From: Octopus vulgaris
Lineage: Eukaryota
NCBI GenBank assembly: GCA_951406725.2
Contig: OX597839.1
Location: 40,424,001-40,488,000 of the forward strand
Direction of reading: 5' to 3'
Length of the DNA: 64,000 bases
The translations under genes and the position numbers were made by a program. This document shows, piece by piece, positions 27,256 through 40,967 of the stretch; positions within the stretch are counted from its first letter, which is position 1, and every line of letters begins with the position of its first letter. The notes under the pieces are model-generated. The model was not told where the DNA came from. It made no database searches and saw only the letters and a list, made by a program, of their open reading frames with translations.

Positions 27256-27789
27256 AAACTCTGGTTGAGAAGCACTGAAACAGAAGATAAAAGATAAGGC
27301 TACATAAATGCATTTATTCTAATTTCAGTTTAGTTAAATTTTGGTGGGATTTTTAACGATGTCAGCCATGTTGTTGTGTATAATTTGTTGTTGCAGTTGT
27401 ATTTTTGTCGCAACTTAAGAGTATTTTTCTTTGCTTGTTTTAGTTCTTATTTCAATAATTGTTGCCTTTCTATAGATTGCGTCGCTCTTTTGTTCTTGTG
27501 ATTGTTGTTCTCGTTCTTATTACTTTTCTAAATTATATTTCATTTCCATTGTTCACTTTCACCTCTATTGCAGTAATTAATTACGTTATTGCCGCCGTTG
27601 TTGTTGTTGTTCTTCTTGCTGTTAGAATTATTGCTAATGTCTTTTTATTGTTGATGCTATTATTGATGTTGCGGTTTTAACCTTTATTCTTCTTGTTGCT
27701 GGTATTATTGTCTTTCCTCTTGTCGTCCCATTGTTCTGCTTTTTATCGTTTATATTGTTCATTTTATGTTGTAGTTGTTTTCGTGGTCT

Positions 27790-27877
27790 TTCTTCTTCTT
27801 CTTCTTCTTCTTCTTCTTCTTCTTCTTCTTCTTCTTCTTCTTCTTCTTCTTCTTCTTCTTTTCTTCTTCTTCTTCTT

Positions 27878-27908
<31 letters not shown>

Positions 27909-27945
27909 TTCTTCTTCTACTTCTTCTTTTCTTCTTCTGCTTCTT

Positions 27946-28035
<90 letters not shown>

Positions 28036-28036
28036 G
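27790..28036. repeat. (TTC)n followed by (TTA)n
   Basis: Direct reading. Confidence 0.95.
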
Positions 28037-28599
28037 TCGTTGTCGTCATCATCATCAGCATCACTATTGTGCTGTAGTTGTTGTTAATTATTTTGGTACT
28101 TCTGGTGTTGTCGGCATTTTACTTGTTTTTGTTATTACTTTTTGTTGCTGTTCATTTTTGCCCGGTGCCATTTAATTTTCAAATTTTTATTAACATTGAT
28201 GTGTAAATCGCTGATGTTGCCGATCAATAATGTGTTTCTTTTCTTATCTTTCACCCTTGAGGGAAGGCTGTATCCATGACCCGTTACAAGTGTCGTGTAT
28301 CCATGACCCGTTACAAGGCCTATGGTATTAGTGTGCAAGATGCGGGGAGGAGCACATCCTCAAATCGGAAAACTAATCTCAATGCCTACAAAGGCTTATT
28401 CCTGCTAAAGTTAGCCAAGAACTACGTATTGCTGTTAAATCAGGCAACGTATTAAGACCACTCTAGTAACCGATCGCGGACGCAGGCAAATATTCTTATA
28501 GTTTCGCCATTGAAACTTATCTTTTAACTTTTATTTGCTTCAGTCAAGTGGCAGGGAAGGGCAATCACAAACACAAAGACACACACTCAAATATATATA

Positions 28600-28860
28600 T
28601 ATAAAATAATAAATAAATATATATATAAAACATATATATATACATACATATATATATAGTACCTAATCTAAACATGTATATAAACATGCATATATGGGTA
28701 CGTGACACCAAATAAACGTCGATTACGATGAGAAACGAACACATAAACACAAAACCAAGGAAATGGAACATTTTTTTTCGTCGGAAACAACGAAAAAAGA
28801 TCCAGAGAACAAGACATACAACACAAGAAACAAAATCGCCTTAGTTTCATCGACGGGGTC

Positions 28861-28862
<2 letters not shown>
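28600..28862. mobile_element. (TA)n-associated element, copy 2
   Basis: Matches 22977-23246 with internal deletions; followed by (TA)n. Confidence 0.65.
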
Positions 28863-28917
<55 letters not shown>

Positions 28918-29106
28918 CCTTATATAATTATGAGTATAATTATAATTAGGGTTCAGCGAAAAAAATTTGCTTCGCCACATACCGAACTTTTAGAAATAGC
29001 AGCCAAAGAACTTAGCAATTTCTTCTACTATAAGAAGAATCTCCCAGACTATGTATGCTCAAAAACAATTCATGTAGGCATTGGGGGAAAAGTAACGAAA
29101 GTGAAC

Positions 29107-29170
<64 letters not shown>

Positions 29171-29323
29171 CATTATTATTGTTGTTGTTGTTGTTGATGT
29201 TGTTGTTACTGCTGCTGCTGCTGTTGATGCAGTTGACATCGTTATTGCTCCTGGTTTTGCTTTTTACTGTTGTTTGTTGTTTTATTCGTTGTTGGTATAT
29301 TTCATGTTATTAACGCTGCTCTC

Positions 29324-29394
<71 letters not shown>

Positions 29395-29414
29395 CATTAT
29401 TATTATTATTGTTA

Positions 29415-29478
<64 letters not shown>

Positions 29479-29984
29479 GCCATTGTTGCTTTTGTTGTTA
29501 TTGCTCGTTAATATCTTAAAGAGGTACCTAATGTAATCATGCGAGTTTTAGTTGGAAGTGAATGCCAGGAATAAAGAAAAAAGAAATAAAACTTTATTTA
29601 AATGAGTGATGACTGTAACGAAATTTCAAAATGGAATACAACAACAGCAGCAACAACAACAACCAAACCTCTAAAACGCTACTACAAAAACAACAACAAC
29701 AACGCAACCGATGAGAAACTGTATCAACCACACGGGAAATCGCCAGAGACAAGGTTTCATAAAGCAAAAACAAAAAGAAAATCGACATTGATTTTTGTAT
29801 TCCAGGGTACTCTGTGCCTGAAAAAAAAAAAGATTATATGGTGATGGTCATGATTGGGAGTTTTATTGGTTATTTCTTCCTCGTAGTGTGCCTCATATTT
29901 CCTGGACGGTCGCATGATTATATTAGTTTCTGTATGAGAGGATGACTTTTGGATTACTTGGTGGGTCTATAGGGAAGAGTATTG

Positions 29985-30365
29985 TCCTTCAGCCCTCCAA
30001 GACCGAGGTGTTTGGATTTGGCGCATTTAATATTCTGTTTAAACTGTAGATCTTCAACACCTGCAAGAAAGGAATGAACCAGGACGAAATTCCAGAGGTA
30101 TCATGTTTTAGGAGGAAAGGGCTGCTAATATTGGTTAGTAGGAGGGGAGTGGCAGGAGATGCGAAGCCAAATGGATCTAGGGACCTGGGAAGAGAGAGCA
30201 CTAAAGTAACCAGCTCTAAGGAAGCGAGGTCATTATAGTAACGACAGAACAAGATATATTGGTTCGTGAGCGGCAAGACTGACGGAGATGGATGATCAAA
30301 TGCCTCATGGATCCATGAGAAAAAGTTGGTACGAAACCAACCGAGTGTGAAGAAAAGAGGCAATT
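29985..30365 (-). mobile_element. Decayed L2/CR1/Jockey-group LINE ORF2 C-terminal fragment
   Basis: Minus peptide LFCRYYNDLASLELVTLV resembles the LFYRYY..CSSEL..L motif near such ORF2 ends (recall). Confidence 0.45.
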
Positions 30366-30737
30366 ACAGTAACGATGGAATAGCCAACGCTAAATAACAG
30401 CGGACACTACAACCGCTCATCATTCAACCTTCTTGCATATTTGGTGGTGCATATTTTTAACAGATCATCTTTACTCATTACAGGAGTGAAAGAGAGTGTG
30501 TGAGAAAATGAGGGAATAACAGAGAATTTGTGTGGGAAAAGGGAAATTGTGTATGTAAGTGAGAAAATAAGAGAGGAGTGATCATTGGTCAGCAGCACTT
30601 GATTGATGTCTTATTTATCGGCATTGAAAATATAGAATCCAAAGAGGATCAGGGCAGTATTGAACCTAGAAAGTAGAAAAAAAATTTTTTTTAAATAGTG
30701 ACATTATTTTCGGGAAATGAATCCGACTGATGTTTTC

Positions 30738-31020
30738 TGGCACTCACTCATCGATTAGAGGACGAATGTTCCAGTTGACCCGATCAACAGATCGGCCCTC
30801 TCTTGAAATTAACGTGTAAGTAGCTGACCACTCCACAGACATGCGCACCATTAACGTAGTTCTCCGGGATATTCGGCGCGACAGAGCGTATGACAAGGCT
30901 GGCCCTTTGAGATAAAGGAAATACGCATTTGTGCCACCTGAGTGAACTGGAGCAATGGGGTTGAGGTCACAACGCGTTGCCGAGAATTGAATTCATGACT
31001 TTACAATCGTAAGCCATGCA
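30738..31020 (-). mobile_element. Third tRNA-headed SINE family, diverged
   Basis: Minus strand reads cttacgattgtaaagtcatgaattcaattctcggcaacgcgttgtg...ctccagttcactcag...aaagggccagccttgtca: B-box-like head plus SINE body. A related head fragment is at 58650-58672. Confidence 0.6.
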
Positions 31021-31069
31021 CATTCATGATATTATCACTAATTTCAAAGGAAAATAACAACGGAGAAAA

Positions 31070-31104
31070 AAACTGAAAAGAAACTCGTCGTATATATCTA
31101 TATG

Positions 31105-31172
<68 letters not shown>

Positions 31173-31360
31173 TACCCGCAACATCGCTTGACAACCGATG
31201 CTGGTGTGTTTACGTTCCCGTAATTTAGCGGTTCGGCATGACACCGATAGAATAAGTACTAGGCTTACAAAGAATAAGCCCTGGGGGCCGATTTGCTCGA
31301 CTAAATGCGGTGCTCCAGCATGGCCGCAGTCAAATGACTGAAATAAGTAAAAGAGAGTAA
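31070..31360 (+). mobile_element. SINE family A, 3' two-thirds
   Basis: aacatcgcttgacaaccgatgctggtgtgtttacg...ccagcatggccgcagtcaaatgactgaaa. Confidence 0.9.
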
Positions 31361-31857
31361 TGCTAACGTGGTAACATAGCGACGTAGCTTTCTTGATTTG
31401 ATCAAAAGCCCGATTGGCACCACGTGGTCAATGGTCGATGACAATCCAGTTTTGGACAATTCCCATTGTTGTAGAACTATGGAGAATTGCAATAGCCTGT
31501 ATGTCCTTCCTGTTTTAAGACGGTGACTAGACAGAGGAAGAGAGAGAGAGAGAGAGAGGGAGGGAGGGGAGAGAGAGAAGATGTGTGAGTGTGCGTACAT
31601 ATGTGTGAAATTGGGTTACTATTATTTCTAGCAGACCAAGTAACCGATGAAAGGACTCCTCTTTCGTTTCGCGGTGAAGTGTGAAATTCATAAAAATGTA
31701 ATTGTACAGACTTCTGAAATCGCCACGGTTCAATAGCTTGCACAACAACAACAACGCCGGCCATTATCATCACCATCATCATCGTCAATATCATCATTGT
31801 CAACATCATCATCATCATCATCATCACTCTCACTAGTATCATTGTCATCGTCATCAT

Positions 31858-31889
<32 letters not shown>

Positions 31890-31971
31890 CCAAAACCAGT
31901 ACCATTACAATGGTCTCTTTTAACTTGCTTATTGCGATATCTCCTTCACTGCCTCGGTTTCTTTATGTATG

Positions 31972-32002
<31 letters not shown>

Positions 32003-32031
32003 GTTTATATATATATATATATATATATATA

Positions 32032-32112
<81 letters not shown>

Positions 32113-32133
32113 TGTATGTATGTATGTATGTAT

Positions 32134-32175
<42 letters not shown>

Positions 32176-32614
32176 TATACATGTATGTATGTATAACGTT
32201 TATTGTCTCCTTCCTGAATCTTTCACCCCCCCTCTCTCTCTCTCTCTCTACATTCTAGTTCTACCTCTGTATATGTCTTTCTCTATCTTTTTGTTTCACT
32301 CTCTCTCTCTCTTTCTTTGTCTCTCTCTCTCTCTCTCTTTCTCATCCTTTTGTGAGTGGAGAGGGTTATATGTTTAGTATTTGCATTATTCTAACTGTTG
32401 TTGATGTTGTTGTTGTCGGTCTTCCTCGTCTTCTTCTTCTTCTTCTTCTTCTTCTTCTCCTCTTCCTCCTCCTCCTTATTCTTCTTCTCCTCCTCCTCCC
32501 CCTTCTTCTTCTTCTTCTTCTTCATCTTTTTCTCCTTCTCCTCCTTCTTCTCCTTCTCCTCCTCCTTTTTCTTCTCCTCTTCCCTCTTATTCTTCTTCTT
32601 CTTCTTCTCATTAA

Positions 32615-32677
<63 letters not shown>

Positions 32678-33002
32678 CATTATTATAATTATTATTATCA
32701 TTATTATTACTATTATCATTATTATTATTACTACTACTACTATCATCCAATTATCCTCCCTTTATGATGTATCATTTGTTTTTATTTCATCCTATTATCT
32801 TGCTGTTATTGTTCTCTTTGTTGTTGTTGGGTTGTTGTACTTACTATTATTGTATATTTTTATCTCATTTCCCCCCACCCCACTCCACTACTTCTTTCAT
32901 CTTTCTATGCACCCCCTGCTACACACACATATTATAAACTGTTCTTGTTCTGCCCCCCACTCATCTGATGCCACTTTAGCAAATAAAGGCAATAATAATG
33001 AC

Positions 33003-33056
<54 letters not shown>

Positions 33057-33470
33057 TGTTTCAAATTTCGGTACTAGGCCAGTAGTTTCGATGAAGGAAT
33101 TAGATCGCTGGCATCAACCTCCATTATTTAACTGGTACTTATTTTATAGAGCTTGAAAGGAGGAAAGACAAAGTGGACTTCGGTGGAATTTGAACTCAGA
33201 ACGTAAAGACGGATGAAACGCCACAAAGCCTTTTGCCCGGCGCCCTAACGCTTCTGCCAATAAGGATAATTATTATATTTTCTACTATAAGCACAAGGCT
33301 GGAAATCCGTGGAAAGGGGACAAGTGGATCATATCGAACGCAGTATTTCACTGGTACTTAATTTATCGAGAATGAAAGGCAAAGTCGACCTTGGTGGAAT
33401 TTGAACTCAGAACGAAATTCCGTTAAGCATTTCGCATGGCGTGTTAATGATTGTGCAAGCTCGCTGTCCC
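33057..33470 (-). mobile_element. Two tandem SINE family B copies between (AAT)n tracts
   Basis: ggtggaatttgaactcagaacg at ~33182 and ~33392. Confidence 0.85.
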
Positions 33471-33512
33471 AATAAGAATATTGATAAGAGTAGTAATAGT
33501 AGAAATAATAAT

Positions 33513-33571
<59 letters not shown>

Positions 33572-33575
33572 TAAC

Positions 33576-33677
<102 letters not shown>

Positions 33678-33681
33678 AATA

Positions 33682-33723
<42 letters not shown>

Positions 33724-34189
33724 GTTTCCTCTTATGTGTTATTTAGCTCCAGGTCAGCTCCGATAGATCAGATCAGACGTATTGAACTTGATCAAAGGCG
33801 TTCCACTTATGACCAGGTCTTTCATACGAATTATATCTTTTTTACGCAGCCTCGGCCATCTTGTTTAATATTAAGACACAATACAATTCCTTTAATCATT
33901 ACATTTTCTTTTATATTTCCCATTATTTTTTTTTTCTCCTCCCTCCCCATATTTGTTTGTAAACGATATCATGCATTTTACAAACAAATACTGTTATTGG
34001 TTAATGGCTTTCATCAGACCAACCACAGGTTCACAGCATTTTCTGATATGTGTGACTAACAAGAGAGATATCTGTTGTCTGTACAATACCGGCAGAATGC
34101 AATTTCACGAAGTAATCGTTTGTTTTTCAAAGCAATGGGCGACTGAGTTTTTGTTTTCCGTCCATTTGTAAATATTTTGTTAAATTGCT

Positions 34190-34345
34190 GATATAGCTGG
34201 TTATGTGGTGTATGATTGGGAAAATCGGGTTGCAATCTAAGTGGTTTCGGTTTCAGTTCCATTGCATGGTACCTTGGGCATGTGTCTTCATTGCCTTTTA
34301 TAGCTGCGGCGGACCCACGAATATCCTGTGAAGGGGAGTGCGTAG
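34190..34345 (+). mobile_element. SINE family A 5' half, degenerate
   Basis: ggtttcagttccattgcatggtaccttgggcatgtgtcttc. Confidence 0.6.
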
Positions 34346-34809
34346 TCGGAAGCTGTTTGGAAATATTTATGTGAGTGTGTGTTTGTGTAAGTGTGTGTTT
34401 ATGTAAGTGTGTATGTGTGTGTATGTCTGTCTGTCAGTGAGTGTGTGTGAATGTTTATCTGTGCGTGTGCGTTCCTGTATGTATGTCTGTGAGTGTCTGT
34501 GAGCGTGAGTGAATGTGTGCGTTTGTGCGTGCGTGTGCGTTCGTGTGTGTATGTCTATGAGTGTGTGTGTGTGAGTGTGAGTGAATGTGTGCGTTCGCGT
34601 GTGTATGTCTGTGAGTGTGTGTGTGAGTGTGAGTGAATGTGTGTGTTTGTCTGTACGTGTGCGTTCCTGTGTGTATGTATTTTATATTTTTATTTAAAAA
34701 ACTAAAAAATCAAAAATATATGTATATTCATGCTTTGATTTCTACTTTTCCTGTTTCCATGACCAAATCTGTACACTCACCTCACACCACATAATATGTC
34801 TGTCTGTCG

Positions 34810-34843
<34 letters not shown>

Positions 34844-34960
34844 ATGTATGTATGTATGTATGTATGTATGTATGTATGTATGTATGTATGTATGTATCGG
34901 TATGTATCGATATAGGCATAAATAGCTAAATAAATATATGTATATAAATACATACATATT

Positions 34961-35370
34961 TTTTATCTTTTATCTGATTTAGTCATTTGACTGCGGCCAT
35001 GCTGGGGCACCGCCTCGAATGGTTTTAGTCGAGCAAGTCGACCATAGGTCGTGTTAATTTTTGAAGTCCATACTTATTTTATCGTTCTCTTACGCTGAGC
35101 TGCTAAGTTACGGGGACGTAAACACAGTAACACCGTTTCTCAAGCTGTAATGTGGGACAAACACAGACAGATACGAACAGATATGCACACATACTCACAC
35201 ACTTATACAATGGGCTTCTTTCAGTTTTTGCCTACAAGATCCACCCACAAGACTTTGGTCGGCCTGAGGCTGTAGTAGAAGACATTTGCCCAAGATTCCA
35301 CGCAGAGGGACTGAACCCTGAACCATGTGGTTCAGAAGCAAGCTTCTTACCACGCAGCCACACCTGCGCC
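34961..35370 (-). mobile_element. SINE family A, full length
   Basis: agtcatttgactgcggccatgctgg...cttaccacgcagccacacctgcgcc. Confidence 0.9.
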
Positions 35371-35452
35371 TATGTACTCACACAGACACACATGTAGAGG
35401 TGTGCGTGTGTATGTGTGTGCGTATGTGTGTCTATGTTTGTAACACATAGAT

Positions 35453-35497
<45 letters not shown>

Positions 35498-36146
35498 TGT
35501 GTGTTAGTTGCCACAATAAATGCTCTTCGATTCTTCGCTATAGTAATATAACTAATTTTATAGTCATGAATGTACAGACGAGACTACGCCTATTCCTCGC
35601 TGACCAATGTGTGCGAGAGACGATGTCTAGATTGTTAGATCTGTCCTTCACCTAATTAAACGACCTATAAACAATAAAAGCTACTAAGACTTATTACACC
35701 TTAAATAATATCTAGACATCAAACTGCATGGAACCATAAAACGCGCCTGAGTGGATTTGCATGGAAGGGAGAAAGAGGAGGGGGAGATAGAGGAAGGGAA
35801 GGAGGGGACAGTGGATAAATAGGAGAAACAGGCAGATATATGGATATAAAGAAACGCATAAAGGTAAGTATAATTGTACGTGAAGATATATAAACTCACA
35901 CTACATGGACGCACAGGCACATACGTACAGACACGCACATACATATATATATATATATGAGTGTGTGTGTATCAGTGTGAGGTTTGTAAATGTGTATATT
36001 TATACTAATATTTATATATATATATGTGTGTGTGTGTATGTGTGTGTGTTTGTGCATACATAATGTATACGTATACACAATATGCATATTGATATATTTC
36101 TAAACTCACGCAAAATATGCATGTATGAAATGAATATATATATATG

Positions 36147-36307
<161 letters not shown>

Positions 36308-36309
36308 AC

Positions 36310-36382
<73 letters not shown>

Positions 36383-36671
36383 TGTATGTATGTCTCTCTG
36401 CGTGTGTGTCTGTTTGTGTGTGTCTCTGAATGTGTGTATACGTACGCAGATACACAGAATATGCAGACACTTATATATATGAATTCCCGTTCCTCCATAA
36501 AGTTTAAATGCTGAACTACATGAAACAGGTCCAGTATATACGAGTAATGAAAAGATGTGTAACATACGACTACAAACCTATTGGACTTATTACGGTCTCG
36601 GACAGACACATATAATATATATATGTGTGTGTGTATGTGTATGTGTGTGTATGTGTATGTGTGTGTATGTG

Positions 36672-36703
<32 letters not shown>

Positions 36704-36982
36704 AATATATATATATATGTATAGAAATGTATGTATATGTATATATATATATGTATATATATAAATGGATATATATAAATGGATGTATATATAAATGTAT
36801 ATATATATGTATATATATATGTATCTATATTTATATGTATATATATATATGTATATATATGTATATATATACATTGTATATTTATATATGTATATATATT
36901 CAGAGAGAGGGAGGGAGGAATGCATGTGTACATATGTATGTGTGCGTTTATATATGTGCGTATGTTTGTGTCTCTGTGTGTG

Positions 36983-37036
<54 letters not shown>

Positions 37037-37565
37037 TGTGTGTGTACTAAATTTGTATCCACGCATTCACATGTATATACATACCTATAATGTATGATAT
37101 TTTTATATGCTTGTTTTTCTTGGTGTAGTTACATATGAAAACGATTTATCATTGAACTGATGGGTGGTTCGATGCATTTTTGAAGAGGACGTATTTTCGT
37201 TTTTAAAGGGAGAATGTTGACTGTGACGCTCGAACTTTGAAGCTGTTCCCCTCAACAGAATGTGTACCGTTGGCGACTAATTCGAAACTTTGAAGTTATA
37301 TATATCAACTTTTATGAACATATACAAAATATCGTTATATGAACTGATAAAATATTACTTAGGTCTTTATTTCTATGAACTGTATAACCAGCAGGAAAAT
37401 TCTCAGTAGAGATCATATATGCTTAACACTGTAGGTATGTCCTAGTGTGTTTGGGTTCGGTTTTGGGTTTGTCCAAAGACAGGTGAATATAAAATAAAAA
37501 CTTCATGGTGAGTACTCACTACTGAAAATAGATTTCTCCGTTGATTAAAACTATTATATGATTAA

Positions 37566-37604
<39 letters not shown>

Positions 37605-37606
37605 AA

Positions 37607-37838
37607 AGGTGATAATTATTATTAAAATTATAATTTAGGTATCAACGAGATATTGCTATGCTGAAAATATGCAGCCAGGATCTGATCTAAAACCACATTA
37701 AATGTTCATATAGCATTTAATATGAACTTTTAATATGAACGTTTAATGTGGTTTTAGAGTCAGATCCTGGTTGTTATTTTCAGCACGGCGGTATCTCGTT
37801 GATACCCTAAATCATAATTTTAATAACAATTATCACTT
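37607..37838. mobile_element. Palindromic MITE, Kolobok-like (TTAA TSD, AGG terminus)
   Basis: ~105-bp imperfect inverted arms (37607-37711 and 37733-37838); TTAA at 37603-37606 and 37839-37842. Confidence 0.75.
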
Positions 37839-37905
37839 TTAAGGTTTTTATTTCCATGTTGGCCACTTGATAAAATCGTTATTTAATTTAAATCAACGAT
37901 CTTAT

Positions 37906-38208
<303 letters not shown>

Positions 38209-38487
38209 TAATGATAATATTAGGGAGTAAATCCAAACTTACAGGGAAAAATTAGATTTAGGATTAAATCTAATTTTATAGTATTAATATATATATATAT
38301 TATATTAAATTAGAGATAAAACCACTATTAGGCAAATCAAACAGTGAAAATCATAAGCCAATACCTAGAAATAAAATTAATTAATAAAATATATAAAAAA
38401 TATAAAATATAAAATTCCAAATTAAGTTTTTTTTTTTTTTAATTGTATAACTATCAAAAAGTATTAAAGTTTAATATTAGATAAAGA

Positions 38488-38565
<78 letters not shown>

Positions 38566-38749
38566 TCAAGTTCATATGTAACAAATACAATGCATATTTT
38601 TAAACATCGTAACGAATTCTGATTGGGTGACATGAAAAAATATTGAGGTCAGCATTGTTAATAATGTAACCAATTTTGAGGTGAAAATGGAGGCGGTTTG
38701 AATAGTAAACAAAATAATGACCTATCAGAGCAGCATGGTCAGTCTAAAT

Positions 38750-38805
<56 letters not shown>

Positions 38806-38857
38806 ACACACACATACACACATGTATATGAAGATGTATGAAAATAATATGTATATA

Positions 38858-39268
38858 GGCGCAGGAGTGGCTGTGTGGTAAGTAGTTTGCTAACCAACCA
38901 CATGGTTCCGGGTTCAATCCCACTGCGTGGCATCTTGGGCAAATGTCTTCTGCTATAGCCCCGGGCCGACCAATGCCTTGTGAGTGGATTTGGTAGACGG
39001 AAACTGAAAGAAGCCTGTCGTATATATGTATATGTATGTGTGTTTGTGTGTCTATGTTTGTTCCCCTAGCATTGCTTGACAACCTATGCTGGTGTGTTTA
39101 CGTCCCCGTCACTTAGCGGTTCGGCAAAAAGAGACCGATAGAATAAGTACTGGGCTTACAAAAAGAATAAGTCCCGGGGTTGAGTTGCTCGACTAAAGGC
39201 GGTGCTCCAGCATGGCCGCAGTCAAATGACTGAAACAAGTAAAAGAGTAAAAGAGTAAGAGTAAGAGT
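38858..39268 (+). mobile_element. SINE family A, full length, young (reference copy)
   Basis: GGCGCAGGAG-TGGCTGTGTGG (A box)...GGTTCAATCCC (B box); tail of AAAAGAGT/AAGAGT repeats. Confidence 0.93.
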
Positions 39269-39311
39269 ATATGAAAGATTTCATTTATGCTGTTCGTGGA
39301 TTTATGTAAAG

Positions 39312-39560
39312 GTTTTTAAATTTTGGCACGAAGAATAGATTACTCGATTACATCAACCTCAGTGTTCATCTTACACTCATTTCATCGGTCCCGTAAGGGT
39401 AAAAGGCAAAGTCTACCTCTACGGAACTTGAACTCATCAACTGGTGCTTATTTTATCGACCCCGAAAAGATGAAAGGCAAGGTCATCCTCGGCGGAATTT
39501 GAATCCAGAACGTAAAGAGGAACGAAATATCGCTAAGCATCCTGCTAGTTCACTACGTTA
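39312..39560 (-). mobile_element. SINE family B, two overlapping pieces
   Basis: aaaggcaaagtctacctc and ttttatcgaccccgaaaagatgaaaggcaa. Confidence 0.8.
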
Positions 39561-40780
39561 AGTTTTTGTGTAAATTGTAATAACAGAGCGATAAATTATC
39601 CATGATGATTAATTTTCTTGAAAATTGGATTAAAAATGTCTTGAATTATTCAGCTTTTGTTGGATTTTACTCCTTCAATTAATCGTATAGAGGTGGGCAA
39701 TTACGAACTAAAATTTTCAGTCACCAAACAATTCTGTATTTTTATTAGACCATTGTAATCTTGAAATAATAGCAATATTTTTACACTTAAACAAAACCTT
39801 TGCCGTGGATTTGAACGACAATTACCATGTATAAAAGGAACTGCAAATCAGAGAATCAGCCATTGGATTTTAAATGTCGCAGATTCTGTTTCCTTTTATC
39901 AAACACCCCACAAACTTTGTGAGACTGGTGGAGAATTTCATTTCAGTTATCTTTTCTTTTGAACGCATCGAAATACGGAAAGAAATACATCAAGTTTTAA
40001 GCAAATCACAGATGCTTTTATCGTCTGGTTAAACATTAGATCAATCCATTAGAGTTTTCGAAAGAAAGATTACCTTTAAATTACTTTGGTTAATGCAGTT
40101 TTAAATACAAGGGATTATATTCTTGTTGTATGATACGTTGCTGGAATAACATGGTTAAGGGATCATGCCAATGTTTACCCTAATATTTCAACAGAACAGC
40201 TTCTGGCATCTGTGATTTATCGGTAATAATAAAGACAATAAATTTTAGAAAACTCTGATGATATAACTTCGCATTTTAACTGTAATTTGTATAATTCTTA
40301 GTTTATTTAAATGCTTGGAATCTTTAATAAAGGTTGCTTTCGTTATAATCGTAAAGGTCGCAGCTATTGCAAATCTCATATCGTAATTCTAAGAAACACT
40401 AAGGAATACAGTGTGTCGGAAGATAAGAAGAATAGAAGATTAGTGATGTTGAAATTCCTAAAATCGTTGGATAAAATAGAAGAGAAATTATTAATATCTG
40501 TATTGAAGCTTTTATAAAACAACAACTAATAAATTAGCTGTGGATCTTAAACGAATTTGTACCAATTATTCCATAAATCTTTTCTAGATTTATAAAGCTT
40601 TCGGCAGTTTGAATTAGCATAGGACCATCGCCTCAATGTAATTCTCATCGCAAGATATGAAACGGTTTTTGGAATAAGAACCAAAAATGTAAATTCCGAT
40701 AATTTCACTAATACAGCATCATCCTGCTATACTAGGGAAGAAGCAAAACAATTTTTTACCCTTTATATATATATATATAT

Positions 40781-40830
<50 letters not shown>

Positions 40831-40910
40831 GTATTATATGTACATGTATATTTTATACATATATGCACATATGTATGTATTTATGTATGGATGCATGTAT
40901 AGATGCATGT

Positions 40911-40967
<57 letters not shown>

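Noticed and set aside
38858-38935. Possible tRNA genes in SINE heads
   Set aside because: A/B boxes are present but there is no complete cloverleaf, and the heads continue into multicopy SINE bodies
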